Source of the DNA: Pristiophorus japonicus
Taxonomy: Eukaryota
Reading direction: 5' to 3'
Length of the DNA stretch: 64,000 nucleotides
Assembly (NCBI RefSeq): GCF_044704955.1
Contig: NW_027252668.1
Location: 5,828,001-5,892,000 of the forward strand
A program made the translations under genes and the position numbers. Below, one piece after another: positions 52,728-64,000 of the stretch. The notes beneath the pieces are model-generated. The model saw nothing but the letters and a program-made list of their open reading frames with translations. It did not search any database and had not been told where the DNA came from. Numbering within the stretch: position 1 is the stretch's first letter; each line of letters begins with the position of its first letter.

Positions 52728-53129
52728 ACCGAGGTACTTTGAATATCCGTCGCAGGTCAGAACTGAATTATGGGATCTTGCAGCAGGATTTTACAACAAG
52801 ACAATTGTCAATCCCATTTGTAAATTAAAATTAACAAAATTAAACTAAAAGGGACTTCAAACTAATAAATGAGTACTCAGTGAAAAACTACAGTAAAAAT
52901 AGTAGTTAAATGTCCAAAAAATGGGTGAAGAGCAGAGTTCGGGTCCCAAACAGTGCCAAGGATACTCCAAGTGAAGATAATAGTAAAACAACGAATGTAG
53001 TTGCAGCAGCAGTGACAGACAAGAAAGGTGTTGAATTAAACGGTATGAGATAGGCGGCATCAATTCTCAATTAAGCAGAAACTGTCAGGTACAGAGGAAG
53101 ACGCACACTCGCATTTCAGAAACTGGCAG

Positions 53130-56100
53130 ATAAGTGGAGAGAATCCCACCCTCACATACCAGAGACACATATATACAGGGAAAATCCCAAACTCACATAC
53201 CAGAGACATATATACAGAGGAAATCCCACCCTCACACACCAGAGACAGAGAAAGACAGGGAAAATCCCATCCTCACACACCAGAGACAGATATATACATA
53301 GAAAATCCAACCCTCACATACCAGAGACCGATATATACAGGGAAAAGCCCACCCTCACACACCAGAGATAGATATATACAGGGAAAATTCCACCCTCACA
53401 TACCAGAGACAGATATATACAGAGAAAATCCGACCCTCACAAACCAGACAGATATATATACATAAAAAATCCCACCCTCACACACCAGAGACAGATATAT
53501 ATATATATACAGGGAAAATCCCACCCTCACATACCAGAGACATATAAACAGAGAAAATCCCACCCTCACACACCAGAGACAGATATATACAGGGAAAATC
53601 CCACCCTCACACACCAGAGACCGATAAACACAGGGAAAATCCCACCCTCTCACACCAAAGACCGATTATATTCAGGGAAAATCCCACCCTCACACACCAG
53701 AGACAGATAAACAGAAAATAGGTGCAGGTGTAGGCCATTCAGCACTTCGAATGGCGGTGCAGACTCGATGAGTTCATGGCTGAACCTGCAACCTCAGTAC
53801 CCCATTCCTGCTTTCTCGCCATACCCCTTGATCCCCCGAGTAGTAAGGACTATATCTAACTCCTTTTTGAATATATTTAGTGAATTGGCCTCAACAACTT
53901 TCTGTGGTAGAGAATTCCACAGGTTCACCACTCTCTGGGTGAAGAAGTTTCTCCTCATCTCAGTCCTAAATGGATTGCCCCTTATCCTTGGACTGTGACC
54001 CCTGGTTCTGGACTTCCCCAACATTGGGAACCATTCTTCCTGCATTAACCTGTCTAAACCCGTCAGAATTTTAAACGTTTTTATGAGATCTCCTCTCATT
54101 CTTCTGAACTCCAGTGAATACAAGCCCAGTTGATCCAGTCTTTCTTGATATGTCAGTCCCGCCATCCCGGGAATCAGTCTGGTGAACCTTCGCTGCACTC
54201 CCTCAATAGCAAGAATGTCCTTCCTCAAGTTAGGAGACCAAAACTGTACATAATACTCCAGGTGTGGCCTCACCAAGGCTCTGTACAACTGTAGCAATAC
54301 CTCCCTGTCCCTGTACTCAAATCCCCTCGCTATGAAGGCCAAAATGCCATCTGCTTTCTTCACCGCCTGCTGTACCTGCATGCCAACCTTCAATGACTGA
54401 TGTACCATGACACCCAGGTCTCTTTACCCCTCCCCTTTTCCTAATCTGTCACCATTCAGATAATAGTCTGTCTCTCTGTTTTTACCACCAAAGTGGATAA
54501 CCTCACATTTATCCACATTATCCTTCATCTGCCATGCATTTGCACACTCACCTAACCTATCCAAGTCACTCTGCAGCCTCATAGCACCCTCCTCGCAGCT
54601 CACACTGCCACCCAACTTAGTGTCATCCGCAAATTTGGAGATACTACATTTAATCCCCTCGTCCAAATCATTAATGTACAATGTAAACAGCGGGGCCCCA
54701 GCACAGCATATTCAGGGAAAATCCCACACTCACACCCCAGAGACAGATATGTACAGAGAAAGTCCCACACTGACACACCATAGACAGATATATACAGAGC
54801 AAATCCCACCCTCAAACACCAGAGACAGATATATACTGGGAAAATCCCATCCTCACATACCAGAGACAGATATATACAGGGAAAATCCCACCCTCACAGA
54901 CCAGAGACAGATATGCACAGAGAAGATCCCACCCTCACATACCAGAGACAGGTGTATACAGTGAAAATCCCACCATCACACACCAGAGACAGATATAGAC
55001 AGAGAAAATAGCACCCTCACACACCAGAGACAGATATATACAGGACAAAGCCCACCCTCACATACCAGAGAAAGATATAAGCATGGAAAGTCCCACCCTC
55101 ACACACCAGAGACCGATTCTATACAGGGAAATTCCCTCCCTCACACACCAGAGACAGATATATACAGAGAAAATAGCACCCTCACACACCAGACAGATAT
55201 ATTCAGGGAAAATCCCACCCTCAAATACCGGAGACTGCATATCTGCAGGGAAAATCGCACCCTCACACACCAGAGACAGATATATAGAGGGAAAATCCCA
55301 CCCTCACTTACCAGAGACAGATAAATACAGAGAAAATTACACCCTCACATACCGGAGACAGATCTTTACAGGAAAAATCCCACCCTCACACACCAGAGAC
55401 AGATATATACAGGGGAAATCCCACCCTCACACACCAGAGACAGATATATACAGGAAAATCCCAGCCTCACATACCAGAGACAGATATATACAGGGAAAAT
55501 CCCACCCTTACATACCAGAGACAGATATATACAGGGAAAATCCCAGCCTCACAAACCAGAGACAGATATATAGAGAATAAATCCCACCCTTACACACCAG
55601 ACAGATATATACAGAGAAAATCCCACATTCACAAACCAGACTGATATGCACATAGAAAATCCCACCCTCACATACCAGAGACCGATTATATACAGAGAAA
55701 ATTCCAGCCTCACATATCGGAGACCGATATATACCGGGAAAATCCCTTCCTCACATACCAGAGACAGATATATGCACAGAAAATCTCACCCTCACACACC
55801 AGAGACCGATATATACAGGGAAAATCTCTCCCTCACACACCAGACACCGATATATACAGGACAAATCCAACCCTCACATACCAGAGACAGATATATGCAG
55901 GGAAAATTCCACCCTCACATACCAGAGATTGATATGTACAGGGAAAATCCCACCCTCACACACTAGAGACAGATATATACAGGGAAAAGCCCTCCCTCAC
56001 ACACCAGAGACAGATATATTCAGGGAAAATTCCATCCTCACACACCAGAGACCAATATATACAGGACAGATCCAACCCTCACATACCAGAGACAGATAGA

Positions 56101-59100
56101 AGCATGGAAAATCCCACCCTCACACACCAGAGACAGATATGTACAGGGAAAATTCCACCCTCACACACCAGAGACAGAGATATACAGAGAAAATCTGACC
56201 CTCACAAAGTAGACAGATATATACAGGGAAAATCCCACCCTCACACACCAGAGACAGATATATACAGGGAAAATCCCACCATCACACACCAGAGACATAT
56301 ATATACAGGGAGAATTCCACCCTCACACACTAGAGGCAGATATATGCATGGAAAATCCCACCCTCACACACCAGAGACCGATTATATACAGGGAAAATAC
56401 CACCCTCACAGACCAGAGACAGATATGCACAGAGAAAATCCCACCCTCACATACCAGAGACGGATATAGGGAGAGAAAATCCCACACTCACATACCAGAG
56501 ACAGATATAAACAGAGCAAATCCCACCCTCAAACACCAGAGACAGATATATACAAGGAAAATCCCATCCTCACATACCAGAGACAGATATATACAGGGAA
56601 AATCCCACCCTCACAGACCAGAGACAGATATGCACAAAGAAAATCCCACCCTCACATACCAGAGAAAGATATAAGCATGGAAAATCCCACCTTCACGCAT
56701 CAGAGACCGATTCTATACAGAGAAATTCCCTCCCTCACACACCAGAGGTAGATATATTCAGGGAAAATTCCATTCTCACACACCAGAGCCAGATATATAC
56801 AAGGAAAATCCCACCCTCACATACCAGAGACAGATACATACAGAGAAAATCTGACACTCACATACTAGACAGATATATACAGAGAAAATTCCACCCTCAC
56901 ACCAGAGACCGATATATACAGGGAAAATCCCACCCTCACATACCAGAGACAGGTAAATACAGGGAAAATCCCACCCTCACACACCAGAGACAGATATATA
57001 CAGAGAAAATCAAACCCTCACATACCAGAGACAGATATATACAGAGAAAATACCACCCTCACATGCCAGAGATAGGTATTTACAGGGAAAATCCCACCCT
57101 CACACACGAGAGGCAGGTATATACAGAGAAAATCCCACTCTCACACACCAGAGACAGATATATACATAGAAAATCCCAACCTCACACACCAGAGACAGAT
57201 ATATACAGGGAAAATCCCAACCTCACACACCAGAGACCGATTATATACAGGGAAAAGCCCACCCTCACACACCAGAGACAGATATATACAGGGAAAATCC
57301 CACCCTCACACAGCAGAGACCGATATATACAGGACAAATCCAACCCTCACATACCAGAGACAGATATATACAGGGAAAATTCCACCCTCACATACCAGAG
57401 ATTGATATGTACAGGGAAAATCCCACCCTCACATACCAGAGACAGATATATACAGCGAAAATCTGACCCTCACATACTGGACAGATATATACAGGCAAAA
57501 TCCCACCCTGACACACAGAGACCGATATATACAGGACAAATCCAACCCACACATACCAGAGACAGATATATACAGGTAAAATTCCACCCTCACATACCAG
57601 AGATTGATATGTACAGGGAAAATCCCACCCTGACACACCAGAGACAGATATATACAGGGAAAATCCCTCCCTCACACACCAGAGACAGAACTACACAGGG
57701 AAAATCCCACCCTCACACACCAGAGACAGATATATATCGAGAAAATCCCACTCCCACACACCAGAGACAGATATGCACAGAGAAAATCTCACCCTCACAT
57801 ACCAGAGACAGATCCATACAGGACAAATCCCACCCTCATACCAGAGACAGATAGAAGCATGGAAAATCCCACCCTCACGCACCAGAGACCGATTCTATAC
57901 AGAGAAAATCACACCCTCACAGACGAGACAGATATATACAGAGAAAATCCCACCCTCACACCAGAGACCGATATATACAGGGAAAATCCCACCCTCAAAC
58001 ACCAAGACAGATATATACTGGAAAAATCCCATCCTCACATACCAGAGACAGATATATACAGGGAAAATCCCACCCTCACAGACCAGAGACAGATATGCAC
58101 AGAGAAAATCCCACCCTCACATACCAGAGACAGGTGTATACAGTGAAAATCCCACCATCACACACCAGAAATTGATATATACAGGGAAAATCCCACCATC
58201 ACATACCGGAGACTGTATATTTCCAGAGAAAATCGCACCCTCACACACTAAAGACCGATTATATACAGAGAAAATCCCACCCTCACACACCGGAGACAGA
58301 TATATATCGAGAAAATCCCACTCCCACACACCAGAGACAGATATGCTCAGAGAAAATCCCACCCTCACATACCAGAGACAGATATATACAGAGAAAATCC
58401 CACCCTCACATCCCAGAGACAGATATTTCCAGGGAAAATCCTACCCTCAAACACCAGAGACCGATTACATACAGAGAAAATTCCACCCTCACATACCAGA
58501 CATTGATATGTACAGTGAAAATCCCACCCTCACCTACCGGAGACTGTATATATACAGGGAAAATCCCACCCTCACACACTAGAGACAGATATATATCGAG
58601 AAAATCCCACTCCCACACACCAGAGACAGATATGCTCAGAGAAAATCTCACCCTCACATACCAGAGACAGATCCATACAGGACAAATCCCACCCTCACAT
58701 ACCACAGACAGATATAAGCATGGAAAATCCCACCCTCACGCACCAGATACCGATTCTATACAGAGAAAATGCCACCCTCACACACCAGAGACAGATATAT
58801 ACGGAGAAAATCCCACTCCCACACACCAGAGACAGATATGCACAGAGAAAATCTCACCCTCACATACCAGAGACAAATACATAGAGAAAATCCCACCCTC
58901 ACACACGAGAGACAGAGAAATACAGAGAAAATCACACCCTCATAGACTAGACAGATATATACAGAGAAAATCCCACCCTCACACACCAGAGACAGATATA
59001 TACCGGGAAAATCCCACCCTCACTTACCGTAGACAGATATATACAGAGAAAATCCCACCCGCACATACCAGAGACAGATATATACAGTGAAAAGCCCACC

Positions 59101-61845
59101 CTCACTCACCAGAAACAGATAAATACAGGGAAAATCCCACCCTCACACACCAGAGACAGATATATAGAGAACAAATCCCACCTTCACATACCAGAGATTG
59201 ATATATACAGGGAAAATCCCACCATCACATACCGGAGACTGTATATTTCCAGAGAAAATCGCACCCTCACACACTAAAGACCGATTATATCCAGAGAAAA
59301 TCCCAACCTCACACACCGGAGACAGATCTATATCGAGAAAATCCCACTCCCACACACCAGAGACAGATATATACAGGGAAAATTCTCCCCTCACACACCA
59401 GGGACAGATATTTACAAGGAAAATCCCAGCCTCACATACCAGGGACAGATATATACAGGGAAAATCCCACCCTCACACACCAGTCAGATATGTAGAGGGA
59501 AAATCCCACCCTCACATCCCAGAGAAAGATATACACAGAGAAAATCCCACCCTCACACACTAGTGACAGAAATATATACAGGGAAAATCCCACCCTCACA
59601 TACCAGACAGATATGTACAGGGAAAATCCCACCCTCACACACCAGGGACAGATATTTCCAAGGAAAATCCCACCCTCGCATACCAGGGACAGATACATAC
59701 AGGGAAAATCCCACCCTCACACACCAGTCAGATATGCAGAGGGAAAATCCCACCCTCACATCCCAGAGAAAGATATATACAGAGAAAATCCCACCCTCAC
59801 ACACCAGACACAGATATATACAGAGAAAATCCCACCCTCACATACCAGAGACAGATATCTACAGGGGTCAGCCCACCCTCACACACCAGAGACAGATATT
59901 TCCAGAGAATATCCCACCATCACACACCAGAGACAGATATATACAGGGAAAATCCCACCATCACATACCGGAGACTGTATATTTCCAGAGAAAATCGCAC
60001 CCTCACACACTAAAGACCGATTATATACAGAGAAAATCCCACCCTCACACACCGGAGACAGATATATATCGAGAAAATCCCACTCCCACACACCAGAGAC
60101 AGATATGCTCAGAGAAAATCCCACCCTCACATACCAGAGACAGATATATACAGAGAAAATCCCACCCTCACATCCCAGAGACAGATATTTCCAGGGAAAA
60201 TCCTACCCTCAAACACCAGAGACCGATTACATACAGAGAAAATTCCACCCTCACATACCAGACATTGATATGTACAGTGAAAATCCCACCCTCACCTACC
60301 GGAGACTGTATATATACAGGGAAAATCCCACCCTCACACACTAGAGACAGATATATATCGAGAAAATCCCACTCCCACACACCAGAGACAGATATGCTCA
60401 GAGAAAATCTCACCCTCACATACCAGAGACAGATCCATACAGGACAAATCCCACCCTCACATACCACAGACAGATATAAGCATGGAAAATCCCACCCTCA
60501 CGCACCAGATACCGATTCTATACAGAGAAAATGCCACCCTCACACACCAGAGACAGATATATACGGAGAAAATCCCACTCCCACACACCAGAGACAGATA
60601 TGCACAGAGAAAATCTCACCCTCACATACCAGAGACAAATACATAGAGAAAATCCCACCCTCACACACGAGAGACAGAGAAATACAGAGAAAATCACACC
60701 CTCATAGACTAGACAGATATATACAGAGAAAATCCCACCCTCACACACCAGAGACAGATATATACCGGGAAAATCCCACCCTCACTTACCGTAGACAGAT
60801 ATATACAGAGAAAATCCCACCCGCACATACCAGAGACAGATATATACAGTGAAAAGCCCACCCTCACTCACCAGAAACAGATAAATACAGGGAAAATCCC
60901 ACCCTCACACACCAGAGACAGATATATAGAGAACAAATCCCACCTTCACATACCAGAGATTGATATATACAGGGAAAATCCCACCATCACATACCGGAGA
61001 CTGTATATTTCCAGAGAAAATCGCACCCTCACACACTAAAGACCGATTATATCCAGAGAAAATCCCAACCTCACACACCGGAGACAGATCTATATCGAGA
61101 AAATCCCACTCCCACACACCAGAGACAGATATATACAGGGAAAATTCTCCCCTCACACACCAGGGACAGATATTTACAAGGAAAATCCCAGCCTCACATA
61201 CCAGGGACAGATATATACAGGGAAAATCCCACCCTCACACACCAGTCAGATATGTAGAGGGAAAATCCCACCCTCACATCCCAGAGAAAGATATACACAG
61301 AGAAAATCCCACCCTCACACACTAGTGACAGAAATATATACAGGGAAAATCCCACCCTCACATACCAGACAGATATGTACAGGGAAAATCCCACCCTCAC
61401 ACACCAGGGACAGATATTTCCAAGGAAAATCCCACCCTCGCATACCAGGGACAGATACATACAGGGAAAATCCCACCCTCACACACCAGTCAGATATGCA
61501 GAGGGAAAATCCCACCCTCACATCCCAGAGAAAGATATATACAGAGAAAATCCCACCCTCACACACCAGACACAGATATATACAGAGAAAATCCCACCCT
61601 CACATACCAGAGACAGATATCTACAGGGGTCAGCCCACCCTCACACACCAGAGACAGATATTTCCAGAGAATATCCCACTCTCACACACCAGAGACAGAT
61701 ATATACAGGGAAAATCCCACCCTCACATACCAGATACAGATATATATAGGGAAAATCCCAGCCTCACATCACAGAGACAGATATCTACAGGGAAAATCCC
61801 ACCCTCACTCACCAGAGACAGATATATACAGGGAAACACTCATAC
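53130..61845. repeat. 41-bp satellite variant C array (~7.7 kb excluding the LINE)
   Basis: Continuous CAGRGAAAATCCCACCCTCACAYACCAGAGACAGATATATA monomers; 1762-bp duplication at ~58151-61679. Confidence 0.97.
53707..54703 (-). mobile_element. CR1-type LINE 3' part inserted in satellite (unit-2-specific)
   Basis: KFADDTKLGG..FRTEMRRNFFTQRVVNLWNSLP; closely similar to 33372-34370. Confidence 0.92.
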
Positions 61846-63146
61846 TCACACATAAAATGCTGACAGGTACAAAGTGAAACCCGCATTCCCCTACCAGAAA
61901 CTGACAAATTCAGGGTAAAAACTTTGTAGCAGAAGTTGACAGAAAGCGAGGAAATCTTACAGGTACAGTTTATACCCAACACTCACCAGAAACGACAGTT
62001 GCAGATTAAATCCCACTCTCACATCCATGAAAGTGACAGGTACAGATTATACTCCACTCTCATATACCAGCCACAGATTGGCAGGTACGGATGAAATCCC
62101 ATCCTCACATACCAAGGCCAGAAAAATAGAGAAAAGCCCACCCTCACATACCAGAAAATGATAGATACAGAATAAAACCCACATTCACACACCAGAATCT
62201 GACAGGTACAGATTTTGATTAAATCCACACTCGCATACCAGAAATGACAGGTACAGATTAATCCCTACACTCACATACCTGAAACTAACAGGTACAGATT
62301 AAATCCCACACTCATATACCAGAGACAGACAGCTACAGAATAACCCCACACTCACAAAGTGGAAACTGAAGGGTACAGATTTAACACAACATTTGTATAC
62401 CAGAAACAACCAGGTACAGACTAAATCTAACACTCACACACCTGAAACAAAGAGGTACCGAATATCCCCCACACTCACTGACAGGTACAGAATAAACATT
62501 ACACTCACATACTCAGGCAGAAAGGTACAGAATAAACCCCACACTTACATATCAGAACCTGCCAGGTACAGATGAAACCCAACTCTCACATACCAGAATC
62601 AGACAGATGCAGATTAAACTCCACACTCGCATACTAGAGACTGACGGGTATAAAATAAATCCAACACTCGCATACCAGAAATTGACAAGTACAGAATAAA
62701 ACACACAACTCACATACCAGAAACAGATAGGTACAGATTAAACTCCACAGTCAGATATCAGAAACTGACAGGTACAGATTAAACCCCACTCTCATACACC
62801 AGAAATGACAGATTAAACCCCACTCAGATACCAGCCACAGATGGACAGGTACAGATGAAATCCCACACTATCATACCAGAGGCTGCCAGGTAGAGAATAA
62901 AACACGCACTCCCATACAGAAACTGACAAAGTGCAGAATAAACCCACACACATATCACAGAGACAGACAGAAACAGAATAATAATCACATACCAGAATTT
63001 GACAGGTGTATAATAAAACCCAAATTCGCCAGTAACTCAGGTAAAAAAACAACACTCACATATCAGCGACTGATAGCTATAAGAATTAGGAGAAGGCCAA
63101 AAGGACTCTGGAGCCTGCTCCACAATTCAATAGGATCATGGCTGAA

Positions 63147-63283
63147 CTGCCCAATATCCAGGCAGTGCTTCTGACAAAGAAATCCAAGGCTGGGTTCAGT
63201 AAGAACAAGTAAAGTGGACAAGATTTAATCTAATACCACGTTGGTTCTTTTCAGAGCCACCCACTCTATCTGTGAAAGGGCTG
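63147..63283 (+). pseudogene. orphan H2A 3' fragment with stem-loop (63243-63258), unit 3
   Basis: [21 protein letters not shown]-stop; GGTTCTTTTCAGAGCC. Confidence 0.85.
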
Positions 63284-63323
63284 GTTACTGTCTGAAGAAA
63301 CTGATCTATTGATCACAATCTTA

Positions 63324-63749
63324 TCAGCTGTGCTTCAGGTGGGAGCACCCTCACTTTTGAGTCAGAAAGTTGTGGGTTCAAGTCCCACTCCAGGGTCTTG
63401 AGCAGAAAAATCTAGGCTGAAACTCCAGTGCAGTGTTGAGGGAGCGCTACATTGTCGGAGGTGACATCGATCGGATAAGACGTTAAACCGAGCCACCGTC
63501 TGCTCTCTCAGCTGGACGCAAAACATCTCATAGCAATATGGGGAGTTATCGCGTCTTATAGGCAATATTTATCCCTCGATCAACACAACACAACAGATCA
63601 TTTGACCATTATGTTGCTGTTTGTGGGAGCTTGCTGTTCCCAAATTGGCTGCCGCGTTACATTACATCAGTGCCTTCTCTTCAAAGTATTTCATTGGATG
63701 TGAAGCAGGTCATGAAAGGCGCTATATAAATCCAAGTCATTATTTTTCT
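63324..63749 (+). mobile_element. DeuSINE-like SINE (unit 3)
   Basis: Homolog of 32501-32928; the window ends just before the expected third H2B promoter. Confidence 0.75.
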
Positions 63750-64000
63750 ACTTAATATTAAATCCCGACGATTGATAAACTGGGAGATTCCTGACCAGAA
63801 GTCACCTTCAGTCAATCTCGGGTAGAAAGCGGTCAATGTCTGTTGAACATATAGAAATCGAGATCGGCAAACAGAGCAGCGAGTTTGCTGTTCAGATTCT
63901 AAAATATATATATTATAGGAAAAAATGTATGAACCTTCTTCGTAAGATTTTTGCCTGAAAGCAGAACAGAAACACATAAAGAACAGATATAAATCAGGAG

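Noticed and set aside
55058-61855. Long ORFs (up to 429 aa) with repeated RENPTLTHQRQIYTGKIPPSHTRDRYIQGKSHPH
   Set aside because: Artefacts of the stop-poor 41-bp satellite cycling through three frames; no coding features

Overview
Vertebrate DNA, most likely from a cartilaginous fish (inferred from the CR1-type LINEs, the DeuSINE-type SINE and a palindromic Penelope-like element). It is a replication-dependent histone gene array built from ~29-31 kb tandem units: unit 1 ~3.2-32.1 kb, unit 2 ~32.1-62.9 kb, and the start of unit 3 at ~62.9-64 kb. Gene order is H2B(+) H2A(+) H3(-) H4(-) H1(-), and each gene has a 3' stem-loop. The two complete units have decayed in a complementary way. Unit 1 keeps intact H2B, H2A and H4, has no H3, and has a damaged H1. 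Unit 2 keeps intact H3, H4 and H1, has an H2A pseudogene, and has an H2B whose promoter is split at the TATA box by a chimeric CR1/Gypsy-gag insertion. Unit 1 also holds a 4955-bp ERV (328-bp LTRs, GATGT TSD, tRNA-Ser-like PBS, gag, pro, most of pol deleted, near-intact gamma-type env) nested in a LINE that is itself inside another LINE. The spacers carry tRNA-Gly-derived sequences next to CTCF-like motifs, orphan histone 3' ends, SINEs, a Tx1 fragment and a family of 40-41-bp satellites, including a ~7-kb array with a 1762-bp higher-order duplication. All comparisons were made by eye; no searches or alignments were run.
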